A stretch of 46,235 nucleotides of DNA from an uncultured Gammaproteobacteria bacterium (GCA_964533435.1 CAZHLU010000002.1:1203-47437), one strand, 5' to 3'. Counted from the stretch's first letter, positions 1 to 10,477 are shown. Program-made: numbers and translations. The notes: generated by a model not told the origin, from the letters alone.

Positions 1-14
1 TTATTATTTTTAAC

Positions 15-1154
15 ATGTCTAACTATTCCGAATGGGAAGGTGGCGTTTCTAATCGTAATTATCATGTTTTAAAACAATTACAAGCCAGGCCAGAGATTAA
101 TAAAATTTTGGCCATTGATTATTTACCTTTGACTTTAAAAAGGGCTATTAGAATTTATAAAGAAGATTTAGTTTTAAACCTCAAATCAGGTGAAGTTATT
201 AGACGTCGTCCAACTAATAAGCTAACAAAGGTTTCTGATAAACTTTATGTTTATACTGATATTGATTTTCTCTGGCGACCAGCTTTGACCATGAAGAGAA
301 TTAAAAAAATAGCCATTGATTTAAATTTCGGCGATTTTATTTTATGGTCTTATTATCCATTTATTAGTCCTTATTGGCAACTTTTAGGTCAAAAATTAAC
401 AGTTTTTGATGCGGTTGATAATTGGCTATTGCATTCTTCTTATCAAAAAGTAAAAGCTAAGTTAGCTAAGTGTTATGATATTATCAAGGATGAATCCGAT
501 GTCGTTTTTACGGTTGCTAAAAGTTTATTGAATTTTTTTGATGATCAGCCAAATGTTTATTGGGTACCCAACGGTGTTGATTTAGTCCATTATAATCAAA
601 ATTTTTCTTTAGTAAATCGTGATATTGCCGACATTAGAAAACCAATCATCGGCTATATTGGGGTCATTCAAGATAAATTGGATATGGAATTGGTCAAATA
701 TATTGCTGAAAAAAATCAGGACAAATCAATAGTTTTAGTTGGTCCTATTTGGGCAGAGCAAGATGAGGCTAGGGATAATTTGATGAAATTACCTAATGTT
801 CATTTTTTGGGCTATAAAACTTATACTGAGGCCCCAATGTATATTCAGCAATTTGATTTAGGTATTGTGCCGCATAAGGCTGGTAATTTTTCGGCCAGTA
901 CTAATCCAATGAAGATTTATGAATATTTGGCTTGTGGTAAGCCGGTAGTTTCTACATCTAATGTTGGCAGTGAAAATATTAGTGATTTAGTAGCAATTGC
1001 TAGTGATTATGCTGAATTTGATAAAATGATTAATCAAGCTTTAACTTTGGATAAAGATAAAGTAAAAGCTCAAGCCCAAGAAGTAGTTAAGCAATATTCT
1101 TGGTTTAATGCAGTTAATAAGATGTTAGATTTAATTAATAATAAATTAAATTAA
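15..1154 (+). CDS. GT-B fold glycosyltransferase (GT4/GT1-like)
   Basis: 379-aa ORF with ATG at 15. The C-terminal KIYEYLACGKPVVST resembles the EX7E region of GT-B glycosyltransferases. First gene of a co-directional glycan cluster. Confidence 0.8.
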   Translation: MSNYSEWEGGVSNRNYHVLKQLQARPEINKILAIDYLPLTLKRAIRIYKEDLVLNLKSGEVIRRRPTNKLTKVSDKLYVYTDIDFLWRPALTMKRIKKIAIDLNFGDFILWSYYPFISPYWQLLGQKLTVFDAVDNWLLHSSYQKVKAKLAKCYDIIKDESDVVFTVAKSLLNFFDDQPNVYWVPNGVDLVHYNQNFSLVNRDIADIRKPIIGYIGVIQDKLDMELVKYIAEKNQDKSIVLVGPIWAEQDEARDNLMKLPNVHFLGYKTYTEAPMYIQQFDLGIVPHKAGNFSASTNPMKIYEYLACGKPVVSTSNVGSENISDLVAIASDYAEFDKMINQALTLDKDKVKAQAQEVVKQYSWFNAVNKMLDLINNKLN

Positions 1155-1155
1155 T

Positions 1156-2100
1156 ATGGAGGCGCCAATAGATATTTCTATTATTATTGTTAACTGGCGA
1201 GTTAGACATTTAGTAGAAAAATGTTTAGACAGTATTAAAGAGCAAGAATCTAGTGTTAATGTAAAAATTATCATAGTTGATAATTATTCCAACGATGGAA
1301 TAGCTGAAATGTTGATGCTTAATTATCCAGAAGTAAAATACACTGGTTTAATGAAAAACTATGGTTTTGCCAAGGCTAATAACTTAGCCTTGGGTCAGGC
1401 TAGTGGCAAATACGTTTGTTTACTTAATCCTGATACCGAACTAAAACCAGGATTTTTAGAAGGGGTTTTAAAATATTTTGCAGCTAATCCTGGAGTAGAT
1501 ATTATTGGTCCACGTTTATTAAATCCAGATGGTTCTTTGCAATATTCTGTTCGTCGTTTACCAACTCTCTCTAGTCAGATTTTTACTTTGTTAAAATTAC
1601 AAAATATTATTAATCCACAAGTGAATTTAAACGATGTTTTACCTAAATATTTTTTGGGTTTTGGTAAATTTTTACGTCGTTTATTTGGTAAAACTAAAGT
1701 TTCTTTAGATTATTTAGCTAGTGATTTTGATTATAATAAAGAACAGGCCGTAGAACAGTTAATGGGCGCGGCTATTATTTGTCGATCCGAGGTTTTCAAA
1801 AAGATCGGTAATTTAGATGAAAAATTCTATATTTGGTTTGAAGAAGTTGATTTTTGCAAACGAGCGCGTCAGGCTGGTTTAGTTATTCACTATGTGCCAA
1901 GTTTAGAAGTAATACATTATGGCGGTCAAAGTTTTGCTCAAGCGCCTAGTTTAAAAAAACAATGGATTTTTGATCGTAGTTTATTATATTATTTTTGGAA
2001 GCATAATCCCAAATGGCAGGCATTTATTTTATTAATACTAACACCAATTAATTTATTTTTGACTTTAATCTATGTCTTGCTTGCTAAAAATAAAAAATAA
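1156..2100 (+). CDS. Family 2 glycosyltransferase
   Basis: 314 aa. N-terminal ISIIIVNW...IIIVDNYSNDG and a later FEEVDFC motif are typical of GT2 (rhamnosyltransferase-like) enzymes. Starts 1 nt after the upstream stop. Confidence 0.85.
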   Translation: MEAPIDISIIIVNWRVRHLVEKCLDSIKEQESSVNVKIIIVDNYSNDGIAEMLMLNYPEVKYTGLMKNYGFAKANNLALGQASGKYVCLLNPDTELKPGFLEGVLKYFAANPGVDIIGPRLLNPDGSLQYSVRRLPTLSSQIFTLLKLQNIINPQVNLNDVLPKYFLGFGKFLRRLFGKTKVSLDYLASDFDYNKEQAVEQLMGAAIICRSEVFKKIGNLDEKFYIWFEEVDFCKRARQAGLVIHYVPSLEVIHYGGQSFAQAPSLKKQWIFDRSLLYYFWKHNPKWQAFILLILTPINLFLTLIYVLLAKNKK

Positions 2101-3514
2101 ATCACTAACATTTAATTTATTACTGACTTTATTTACTGTAGAGCTTTTCTCAGTGTTAGCTTGGCAATGGCCAATTTTGGCTATTATTTTTTTAGTTTGT
2201 ATTGCTGTAATTTTATTTTATGCTCTTTGGCATTATCCAAAATTAGCTTTGTTTGTGCCAGCTATTGAATTATTTAGTGGAGCCATGGGTAGAGCTTTAA
2301 GTTATGGTTTTGTTTCTTTGCGCATGCTTATTTTTGCGGTTGTAATTTTATATTTTATTATTTATCTAATATCTAAAAAACAAAAGTTTAAGATTATAAA
2401 TAATAAAAAATTATGGCTTTTTTATTTAATCTGGTTAGGCATTTTATTTTTAGCTTTAGTTAATGGATTTTTACACGGGCAAGAAAGTTTAAAAATATTT
2501 TTGGATTTTAATAATTATTTATATTGGCTTTATTTACCAATTTGGTATCAATTTTATGATGATCAGGATTGGTCTTATTTATGGCAATCTTTGCGTTTAA
2601 TTGCTATTTATTTAAGTATAAAAACACTAGTCATTTTTAGTATTTTTAGCCAATTTGATTATCAATATTTAGTAAATTTTTATAAATGGTTACGTGATAC
2701 TCGCTTTAGCGAAATCACCCCCTTAGGTTCAAATTTTTATCGTATTTTTAGCCAAAGTCAGATTTTTATATTAATTGCTTTTTTAGCTTTATGGTTAAAA
2801 CAAATTTATAATTTTAAAAATTATAAAAATTTATTTTTAATTATTATTTTTTCTAGTGCTTTATTATTAAGCCTATCGCGTAGTTTTTGGTTGGGTGGGG
2901 CTGTAGCTTTTTTGGTGATGATGCTACTTGCTAATTTTAAGTTAGTAAGTTTTAGTTGGAAAATATTGTTAAAGCAAGTTTTTATGGTTTTTGTATTTAG
3001 TTCAGCTCTGGTAATGTTGCTTTATAATGTGCCAAAATTTAACGGGGATAATATTTTTAAATTTAGTCATACAGAAAGTAGAGAGCAATCTTTGTCTAGC
3101 CGTCAGGCTTTACTGGCTCCTCTAAAAGAGGCTATTATTTCTCAGGCTATTATTGGTTATGGCTTTGGTAAAGAAATAACTTATTATTCTAATGACCCGC
3201 GTATTAAAAATGAGGCTAATCCTAGTGGTAAATATTCTACTTATGCTTTAGAGTGGGGTTGGTTAGATTTTATGTTAAAATTTGGTTTAATAGCTACAAT
3301 TTTTATATTAGTTTGTCTGATTTTAGTTTTAAAGCAAGCCTATGTTATAATAAAGCAAGCTAAGCTAAGTATTTTTTTAGTAGCCAGCCTAGTTGCTTTA
3401 ATGTTTATTCATTTTTTTAGCCCCTACCTAAATCATCCTTTGGGTATTGGTTGGTTGATGATTTTAATTATTTATGTCTATAATGTAAAGTTTGTAGATG
3501 CCAATAAAATATAA
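2072..3514 (+). CDS. O-antigen ligase / Wzy-like polytopic membrane protein
   Basis: 480 aa and very hydrophobic, with many predicted TM segments. Contains an LSLSRSFWLGG loop motif like the Wzy_C/O-antigen ligase family. Overlaps the upstream gene by 29 nt. Confidence 0.65.
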   Translation: MSCLLKIKNKSLTFNLLLTLFTVELFSVLAWQWPILAIIFLVCIAVILFYALWHYPKLALFVPAIELFSGAMGRALSYGFVSLRMLIFAVVILYFIIYLISKKQKFKIINNKKLWLFYLIWLGILFLALVNGFLHGQESLKIFLDFNNYLYWLYLPIWYQFYDDQDWSYLWQSLRLIAIYLSIKTLVIFSIFSQFDYQYLVNFYKWLRDTRFSEITPLGSNFYRIFSQSQIFILIAFLALWLKQIYNFKNYKNLFLIIIFSSALLLSLSRSFWLGGAVAFLVMMLLANFKLVSFSWKILLKQVFMVFVFSSALVMLLYNVPKFNGDNIFKFSHTESREQSLSSRQALLAPLKEAIISQAIIGYGFGKEITYYSNDPRIKNEANPSGKYSTYALEWGWLDFMLKFGLIATIFILVCLILVLKQAYVIIKQAKLSIFLVASLVALMFIHFFSPYLNHPLGIGWLMILIIYVYNVKFVDANKI

Positions 3515-4514
3515 TATGGATCAAGTTGCGCATAAAGTTACAATTAGTTTACTTACTTGGAATGGAGCAAAATATTTGCCCGTGCTTTTACATAGTTTGC
3601 AAAATCAAACTTTTAAGGATTGGGAATTGTTAGTTTTAGATAATGCTTCGGTTGATAATTCGGTTGCTTTAGTTGAAGAATATTGGCCACCGGCTACTAT
3701 TATAAAGCAAAAACAAAATATCGGTTTTGCTCGTGGCCATAATTTATTAGTAAAATGGTCAAAATCAGAATATGTTTTAGTTTTAAATCAAGATGTTATT
3801 TTGGACTCAGATTATATCGAGACTTTAGTTGATTTTTTGGATAAGCATCCTAAAGTAGCTAGTGTATCAGGAAAAATATTTTATTGGGATTTTGAAGAAA
3901 ATAAAAAGACCACGCAGATAGATACACTTGGTTTAAAGATGTATCATAATCGTAGAGTAGAGGACTGGTTGCAAGGAGCAGAAGACAGGATGATAGAAGA
4001 CCAAGAAGTATTTGGTTTATCAGCGGTAGCAGTTTTATATCGTCGAGCAGCTTTAGAAAGTGTGCGCATACCTAATGCTAGTAATGATTTTGAATATTTT
4101 GATGAAGATTTTTTTTCTTATAAAGAAGATATAGATTTAGCTTGGCGTTTACGTTTGTGGTCCTGGCAAAATTATTTAGTTAGTAATGCCAAGGCTTATC
4201 ATGACAGAACTCTATCTAATCGACAGAGTTTAAAAGTTAGGCGTAAATATCGAGGCTTGGCTAATAAATTATCTTACCGTAATCATTTTTTATTGCTTTA
4301 TAAAAATTCGTTTTGGAAAAATTATTTTAAGGATTGGCATTTGATATTTTGGTATGAGTTTAAAAAATTTATTTATTTATTAATTTTTGAAAGATCAACT
4401 TTGGTAGGGATTAAAGAATTTTTTAAATTGTTGCCAAAAATTTCTAAAAAGAGAAAATATATTCAAAAAAATTGTCATCAAGAGTATAGAGATATATATA
4501 ACTGGTTGAGTTAA
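3498..4514 (+). CDS. Family 2 glycosyltransferase
   Basis: 338 aa with SLLTWNG...LLVLDNASVDNS and a downstream DEDFF / KEDIDL acidic motif. ATG at 3498 overlaps the upstream gene by 17 nt; an alternative ATG lies at 3516. Confidence 0.8.
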   Translation: MPIKYNMDQVAHKVTISLLTWNGAKYLPVLLHSLQNQTFKDWELLVLDNASVDNSVALVEEYWPPATIIKQKQNIGFARGHNLLVKWSKSEYVLVLNQDVILDSDYIETLVDFLDKHPKVASVSGKIFYWDFEENKKTTQIDTLGLKMYHNRRVEDWLQGAEDRMIEDQEVFGLSAVAVLYRRAALESVRIPNASNDFEYFDEDFFSYKEDIDLAWRLRLWSWQNYLVSNAKAYHDRTLSNRQSLKVRRKYRGLANKLSYRNHFLLLYKNSFWKNYFKDWHLIFWYEFKKFIYLLIFERSTLVGIKEFFKLLPKISKKRKYIQKNCHQEYRDIYNWLS

Positions 4515-4518
4515 TAAA

Positions 4519-5325
4519 ATGGATTTATCTTTCATAATTTTAAATTATAAAAATAAGAATTTAACAAAAGAGTTATTACAAAACTTGTTGGATTTAGATT
4601 TAAAATTAAGCTATGAAATTATTGTAGTTGATAATGCTTCTTATGATGGCATTGAGCAGGTTATTCAAAATAATTTTCCGCAAGTAAAATTTATTCAAAG
4701 TAAGATCAACGGTGGTTTTGCTTATGGTAATAATTTGGGGATTAAAGAGTCTAGTGGTAAATATGTAATTATTTGCAATCCAGATTTAGCTTTTTTATCA
4801 AACGCTACTTTACAACTCTATGATTATATGGAAACAAATCCCGAAGTAGCTTTAGCAGGACCTAGGCTTATTAATGCGGATAAAAGTATTCAATATTCTT
4901 GTACTACTTTTCCAGATTGGCATTTGCCATTATATCGACGTACACCACTGGGTGAGACTAAAAAGGGGCAAGTATGGTTAGATAAATATTTAATGAAAGA
5001 TATTGATCATCATCATAATTTTTTTGTGCCAGCTTTGTTTGGTGCCTGTTTGATTGTGCGCCGACAAGCTTTAGAAAAAGTTGGTCTTTTAGATGAAAGA
5101 TATTTTATGTACATGGAAGACTTAGATTGGTCGCGTCGTTTTTGGCAAGCAGGTTTTAAAGTAGCCTATGTAGGCGAGGCTGAAGTTATTCATTTGCACC
5201 GTCGTCAGTCAGCAGCTGATAATCTGCCTAAGTCATTATTCAATAAATCAGCTCGCTATCATATAGTTAGTTTTCTTAAATATCTTATCAAATTTAAAGG
5301 CCAAGAATTACCAGTAATAAAATAA
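4519..5325 (+). CDS. Family 2 glycosyltransferase
   Basis: 268 aa with SFIILNYKN...IIVVDNASYDG and MEDLDWSRR motifs. Last gene of the cluster, followed by a terminator. Confidence 0.85.
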   Translation: MDLSFIILNYKNKNLTKELLQNLLDLDLKLSYEIIVVDNASYDGIEQVIQNNFPQVKFIQSKINGGFAYGNNLGIKESSGKYVIICNPDLAFLSNATLQLYDYMETNPEVALAGPRLINADKSIQYSCTTFPDWHLPLYRRTPLGETKKGQVWLDKYLMKDIDHHHNFFVPALFGACLIVRRQALEKVGLLDERYFMYMEDLDWSRRFWQAGFKVAYVGEAEVIHLHRRQSAADNLPKSLFNKSARYHIVSFLKYLIKFKGQELPVIK

Positions 5326-5352
5326 AAACCCCTGTATTGCAAGGGGTTTTGT
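5325..5352 (+). terminator. Rho-independent terminator of the glycan cluster
   Basis: AAAACCCCT (5325-5333) pairs with AAGGGGTTTT (5341-5350) and is followed by a T-rich tract, directly after the stop at 5325. Confidence 0.75.
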
Positions 5353-5373
5353 TTGGCCTTAAGGAATATAGAT

Positions 5374-5577
5374 CTAAGGATCCATAAAAGCCCAGGCGCG
5401 GGCTACGAGCGGTACGATGATGCCTCGTAGCAATATATAGTGGCCAAATAGAGTAGTGGCAATAGCAATGAATAGGCAGATAAATAGGCTACCTGCGGGT
5501 AGGAAAATAGCCTTGATAAAAAGAGTTTCAAGCATAATTACTAGGGCAATTATGCTTAGTTTTTTTAGAAGCTTCAT
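5374..5577 (-). CDS. Small two-TM membrane protein, function unknown
   Basis: 67 aa and hydrophobic. Strong SD (AAAGGAGAT) about 6 nt upstream of the ATG at 5577. The C-terminal part is noticeably more GC-rich than its surroundings. Confidence 0.55.
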   Translation of the reverse strand: MKLLKKLSIIALVIMLETLFIKAIFLPAGSLFICLFIAIATTLFGHYILLRGIIVPLVARAWAFMDP

Positions 5578-5666
5578 TGGATCTCCTTTTGGTTTTGGGC
5601 CACAAAAGGGAAAGGGCAGACTAATTTAAAGTTTACACCTTTTTATAATATCGTCAATAAATAAAC

Positions 5667-5695
5667 TTGATTTTTAGCCTTATATTGGGTATTAT
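5667..5695 (+). promoter_or_regulatory. Sigma70-type promoter for lysS
   Basis: TTGATT (5667-5672), 17-nt spacer, TATTAT (5690-5695); lies 26 nt upstream of the lysS ATG. Confidence 0.5.
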
Positions 5696-5720
5696 TAGTG
5701 CATAACTATTGAAATAAAAT

Positions 5721-7214
5721 ATGTTAAAAAATACAGTTACAAGCCCAGATATCAATGATGAATATCAACAACGTTTAGCAAAGCTGGCTGAGCTAAAAAG
5801 TAAAAATATTGAAGCTTTTCCTAGTAAAGCTATAAAAAATATTAGCATTGCCGATTTTTTAGCTGATTTTAAAAAACATCTAGCTTCGCAAAAAAAGGTA
5901 ATTTTAGCTGGTCGTTTAGTTAGTATTCGTATGCAGGGTGGTTCTTGTTTTGTGCATTTAGTTGACGCTTCAGCTAAAGTACAAGCTTTTTTACGCAAGG
6001 ATACAATGGGCGAAGAGCTTTATGATAATTTTAAAAATTATATTGATCAGGCAGACTTTGTTGAGTTTAGTGGTCAAGCTTTTTTAACTAAAACTAATGA
6101 GCCAACTATTTTAGTCACAGACTTTAAATTGTTGACTAAAACTTTATTACCAATGCCAGATCAGTATTATGGCTTAAAAGATCCAGATTTACGTTATCGT
6201 AAACGTTATTTGGATTTACTAGTTAATCCTAATATTAAACAGATCTTTAATTTACGTAATCAGTTAATTAAATTAACCAGACAATGGTTTGATAAATATG
6301 ATTTTCTAGAGGTAGATACTCCTGTTTTGCAAACTGTAGCTGGCGGTGCAGCAGCTGAGCCTTTTATCACTCATCATAATTCTTTAGATATTGATTTGTA
6401 TTTACGGGTTGCTCCAGAGCTTTATTTAAAACGTTTGATTATTGGAGGTTTTGAAAGAGTTTATGAAATCGCTCGTTGTTTTCGTAATGAAGGCATGGAT
6501 CATCAACATAATCCAGAATTTACTCAGATTGAAGCATACTGGGCTTATCAAGACTACCAAGGCTTAATGATTTTTATTGAAAAGTTTTTTACCTGGCTAG
6601 TACCCCAAATTAATAATAAGAGCTTAATACTTGTTAACGGTGATGATAAACTTGATTTTAAGGCACCATTTAAGCGTTTAGACTTTAAAGAGGCCTTGGA
6701 CACAGCTATGGGCGTTGACACTGACGCTTGTAGTGATGAGGATTTATTTAATTTAGGTAAAAAGGCTAATATCAACCTAGATAAAGCTTGGGGTCGAGGC
6801 AAATTGCTAGATGAATTGTATAAAAAATTTGTACGTAAAAATATTATTCAACCGACTTTTATTATCAATCATCCTTTAGCTTTATCACCACTAGCTAAAA
6901 AGATTAAAGATCGTCCTAATTATGTTGAGCGTTTTCAATTGGTAATCAAAGGAGCAGAAGTAGTTAATGCTTTTTCTGAGCTTAATGATCCAATTGATCA
7001 AGAGGCTCGATTTAAAGAGCAGTCAAAGCTTAAAGATAAAGGTGATGATGAGGCCATGTCAGCTGATGCTGATTTTGTTGAAGCTTTAAAACATGGCTTA
7101 CCACCGACAGCTGGTTTAGGTATGGGCATTGATCGTTTGCTTATGATTTTGGGTAATAATGAAAATATTAAGGAAGTTATTTTATTTCCTACAGTTAAAC
7201 CAAAAAAGGATTAA
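5721..7214 (+). CDS. lysS: Lysyl-tRNA synthetase, class II
   Basis: 497 aa. N-terminal OB anticodon-binding region followed by class II motifs (FRNEGMDHQHNPEFT, GLGMGIDRLLM). Confidence 0.95.
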   Translation: MLKNTVTSPDINDEYQQRLAKLAELKSKNIEAFPSKAIKNISIADFLADFKKHLASQKKVILAGRLVSIRMQGGSCFVHLVDASAKVQAFLRKDTMGEELYDNFKNYIDQADFVEFSGQAFLTKTNEPTILVTDFKLLTKTLLPMPDQYYGLKDPDLRYRKRYLDLLVNPNIKQIFNLRNQLIKLTRQWFDKYDFLEVDTPVLQTVAGGAAAEPFITHHNSLDIDLYLRVAPELYLKRLIIGGFERVYEIARCFRNEGMDHQHNPEFTQIEAYWAYQDYQGLMIFIEKFFTWLVPQINNKSLILVNGDDKLDFKAPFKRLDFKEALDTAMGVDTDACSDEDLFNLGKKANINLDKAWGRGKLLDELYKKFVRKNIIQPTFIINHPLALSPLAKKIKDRPNYVERFQLVIKGAEVVNAFSELNDPIDQEARFKEQSKLKDKGDDEAMSADADFVEALKHGLPPTAGLGMGIDRLLMILGNNENIKEVILFPTVKPKKD

Positions 7215-7224
7215 ATATAAATAT

Positions 7225-8466
7225 ATGTTGGATATAAAATTTATCAAAGAAAATTTAGATTTAGTAAAGAAAAATAATGAGAGTAGAGGAGCCAAAGTTG
7301 ATCTGGACCATTTATTAAAACTATCTCAACAGCGCAATGCTTTATTGCAAGATTTAGAGGCTAAACGTCATGATCTAAAAAATGCTTCTAAAGCAAAACC
7401 AGATGCTGACACGGTGGCAAATTTGAGAGCGGCTGGTGGTGTTATTAAAAATTTAGAGTTAGATGTTAAAGTTCTAGATGATGAGATTAACGTTTTGATG
7501 TATCAATTGCCTAATATCAATAGTGCTGATACGCCGATAGGAGCTAGCGAGACTGATAATAAAATAGAGCGTACAGTTGGTGAAATGCCTGATTTTGATT
7601 TTCCAGCTCTAGATCATATGACCTTGGGTCAAAATTTGGGCCTAATTGATGCAGCTAAAGGGGCTGAAGTGTCAGGGGCTCGTTTTTGGTATTTAAAAAA
7701 TGAGTTAGTTGATTTAGAAATGGCCTTGATTCAATTTGCTTGGCAAAAGATGCGTAAGGCCGGTTTTATGCCTTTGGCTGTGCCACATTTAGTCAAAGAA
7801 AAGGCAATGTTTGGTACTGGTTTTTTCCCAGCGGAAATGAATGAAATCTACAAAGTAAATCCAGGTGAAGATGATTTATTTTTAATTGGTACAGCTGAAG
7901 TGCCTTTGATTAATTATCATGCCGATGAGATTCTTGGTCTAGATAAACCAAAGAAATATTTTGCTTTTACTCCAGCTTATCGACGAGAAGCAGGTAGCTA
8001 TGGTAAAGATACCAAAGGCATTTTACGCGGACATCAGTTTGATAAAATTGAAATGGTTATTTTTTGTAAACCAGAAGAATCAGAAGCTATGCACCAAGAA
8101 ATTTTAAAAATTGAAGAAGATATTTATAAATCTTTAGCCTTACCATATCACGTGGTAAATATTTGTACTGGCGATCTAGGACCAGTGGCTTCCAAAAAAT
8201 ACGACCTTGAAGCTTGGTTGCCAGGTCAAAATCAATACCGAGAAATTACTTCTTGTTCTAATACTTTAGATTATCAGTCTAGACGTTTAAATATTCGTTA
8301 TCAAGCAGATGGTAAAAAAGAATTGTGTCATACTTTAAATGGTACAGTTATGGCTTTGGGTAGGACCATGATTGCTATTATGGAAAATTATCAAACCAAA
8401 TCAGGCAGTATTGTAGTTCCTAAAGTTTTACAAGCCTATCTAGATTTTAAAGAAATAAAAGCTTAA
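7225..8466 (+). CDS. serS: Seryl-tRNA synthetase
   Basis: MLDIKFIKENLDLVKKN is a typical SerRS N-terminus with a coiled-coil arm, and the class II core is present (FRREAGSYGKDTKGILRGHQF, GTVMALGRTMIAIMEN). I prefer ATG 7225 to the ORF-track start 7159, which lies inside lysS. Confidence 0.93.
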   Translation: MLDIKFIKENLDLVKKNNESRGAKVDLDHLLKLSQQRNALLQDLEAKRHDLKNASKAKPDADTVANLRAAGGVIKNLELDVKVLDDEINVLMYQLPNINSADTPIGASETDNKIERTVGEMPDFDFPALDHMTLGQNLGLIDAAKGAEVSGARFWYLKNELVDLEMALIQFAWQKMRKAGFMPLAVPHLVKEKAMFGTGFFPAEMNEIYKVNPGEDDLFLIGTAEVPLINYHADEILGLDKPKKYFAFTPAYRREAGSYGKDTKGILRGHQFDKIEMVIFCKPEESEAMHQEILKIEEDIYKSLALPYHVVNICTGDLGPVASKKYDLEAWLPGQNQYREITSCSNTLDYQSRRLNIRYQADGKKELCHTLNGTVMALGRTMIAIMENYQTKSGSIVVPKVLQAYLDFKEIKA

Positions 8467-8471
8467 ATGGC

Positions 8472-9584
8472 ATGGCCGAAAGTTTTATTGAAATCAACCG
8501 TGCCAATTTATTACACAATCTAAAACAATTTAAGACCATGGCGAGCTCGGCAGAGATTTGGCCAGTTATCAAAAGTAATGCTTATGGTCACGGTTTATTG
8601 GAAATAGCCACTATTTTAAATACAGAAAGCTCAGTAGCTGGCTTTATGGTTGTTAATTTACAAGAAGCAAAAGTATTACGAGAGCAAACACAAAAACCAA
8701 TAATGGTTTTAAGTTATTTTGAGTCAGTAGTGGCTGATATTAAATGGGCTATAGATAATAATGTTTCTTTACCAGTTTATGATTTAGAAATCGCTCAGCT
8801 TGTTAATGATATTGCTAAACAAAATCAGAGCCAAGCCTTAGTAAATATAAAGATTGATACTGGTACTGGTCGCTTGGGGGTGAGAGCAGAGGAGGCAGTT
8901 GCTTTTATAAAAAAAATACAAAGCTTAGGCTCTTTAAATATTTTTAGTCTTTACAGTCATTTAGCTGAATCAGAGTCTGATAATTTAGATTTTAGCAAAG
9001 AACAAGTAGCTAAGTTTTTAGCTATTTGTGATCAGTTTCCACAGTATAAAAAACACATTGCTTGTTCGGCGGCTAGTATTAGTTTAGCGGCTGCTCGCTT
9101 TGACATTATTCGCTTAGGCTTATCTTTGTATGGTCTATGGCCATCAGAAGCCACAAAGGCAAGAGGCATGCTCCAAGGTTTAGAATTAAAACCAGTTTTA
9201 AGTTGGCAGACTAGTATTATCCAAATTAAAGAAATTAAAGCTGGTGAAAGTATTGGCTATAATCGTACTTATCTTGTACAACGTGATTGTAAGATAGCTA
9301 TTTTGCCACTTGGTTATTTTGAAGGTTATAGTCGGGCTCTGTCTAATAAATCTCGAGTTCTGATAAATGGCTTTAGTTGTCCGGTCAGAGGTAATATTTG
9401 TATGAATTTAATGATGGTTGAATTAGCTCCAGGACAGGACTTTAAAGTTGGTGACAAGGTTTATTTAATAGGCGGAACAGGTGATCAGACAATCCCAGTA
9501 GAAGAATTAGCTTTTCAAGCCGGTACTATTAATTATGAAATTGTAGCTCGTTTAAATCCAAGTATTTTGAAAAAAATAATTTAA
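8472..9584 (+). CDS. alr: Alanine racemase
   Basis: 370 aa. PLP-lysine context VIKSNAYGHG near the N-terminus, plus the C-terminal beta domain (GYNRTY...ILPLGYFEGY). Confidence 0.9.
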   Translation: MAESFIEINRANLLHNLKQFKTMASSAEIWPVIKSNAYGHGLLEIATILNTESSVAGFMVVNLQEAKVLREQTQKPIMVLSYFESVVADIKWAIDNNVSLPVYDLEIAQLVNDIAKQNQSQALVNIKIDTGTGRLGVRAEEAVAFIKKIQSLGSLNIFSLYSHLAESESDNLDFSKEQVAKFLAICDQFPQYKKHIACSAASISLAAARFDIIRLGLSLYGLWPSEATKARGMLQGLELKPVLSWQTSIIQIKEIKAGESIGYNRTYLVQRDCKIAILPLGYFEGYSRALSNKSRVLINGFSCPVRGNICMNLMMVELAPGQDFKVGDKVYLIGGTGDQTIPVEELAFQAGTINYEIVARLNPSILKKII

Positions 9585-9642
9585 ATTTAATATAATACGA
9601 CACATATTACTATTACTCTCTTAAAGAGTAGAGGAAGCAATT

Positions 9643-10473
9643 ATGAGGCAAATTACTACTAGACAAAATTGGCGTAAGCATGCCGGAATAAAATCTAGGC
9701 GTTTAACAGGTGCTTATTATCAAGACTATAGCTTAAGGAGAAAAAAACGTTTAAGTCGGATTATTTTTTTAATTTTTATTATTTTGTTAATCCAAAGTAT
9801 TTTTCAAGCCAAGTTTTTGTCTTTACATAAAATAGTCGTTTTAAATAATCAGGACGTAAGCAGTGAAGCGGTTGCTAATTTTGTTCAAGAAAAGATGAAT
9901 GTTCGTCGTTTCTTGTTTTTTAAAAATAATAATTTCTTTTTAGCCAGTACTAATAAATTAGAACTTGAATTAAAAGACAATTTTAAGTTAAATAATGCTA
10001 CTTTAAAAAAGAAATTTCCTAGTAAGTTAGAAGTGCGTTTAGAAGAAAAGGTTTCACAGTTTATTTGGTTAAAAGATGGAGCATATTACCTTATTGACGG
10101 CCAAGGGGCCTTAAATCGCCAAATAGAGGCTCCTGATGAGAAGTATGTTATTTTAGATGATCAACGTAGCTATAAGCCATCTGCAGATCAAGATATTTTC
10201 CGTGACGATGAAATAAAGGCCATCCAGGACATCTATGCTTATTGGCAAAAGGAAATCTCAGGTAATTCACGCTTAGCTCGTATTATTATTAGTGATAATT
10301 GGGGTGAGTTACGCTTACAATCAAATTTAGGCTTTTACGTTAAAATTAATGCCACTATCAATACTGATGAACAATTGCTTAATTTAAAACGGGCGATAGT
10401 AGCTGGTAATTTACAAGGAACTGATATTGATTACATTGATGTTAGGTTTTCTGATAAGATTTATTATAAGTAA
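9643..10473 (+). CDS. FtsQ/DivIB-like cell-division protein (POTRA)
   Basis: 276 aa. Basic cytoplasmic N-terminus, a single TM (IIFLIFIILLIQSIF), then a POTRA-like segment (IVVLNNQDVSSEAV...). Family-level call only. Confidence 0.55.
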   Translation: MRQITTRQNWRKHAGIKSRRLTGAYYQDYSLRRKKRLSRIIFLIFIILLIQSIFQAKFLSLHKIVVLNNQDVSSEAVANFVQEKMNVRRFLFFKNNNFFLASTNKLELELKDNFKLNNATLKKKFPSKLEVRLEEKVSQFIWLKDGAYYLIDGQGALNRQIEAPDEKYVILDDQRSYKPSADQDIFRDDEIKAIQDIYAYWQKEISGNSRLARIIISDNWGELRLQSNLGFYVKINATINTDEQLLNLKRAIVAGNLQGTDIDYIDVRFSDKIYYK

Positions 10474-10477
10474 GGGG

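Noticed and set aside
7159-7224. N-terminal extension of serS in the ORF track (start 7159)
   Set aside because: It lies inside the lysS 3' end and encodes a non-SerRS-like peptide. The canonical SerRS N-terminus begins at ATG 7225.
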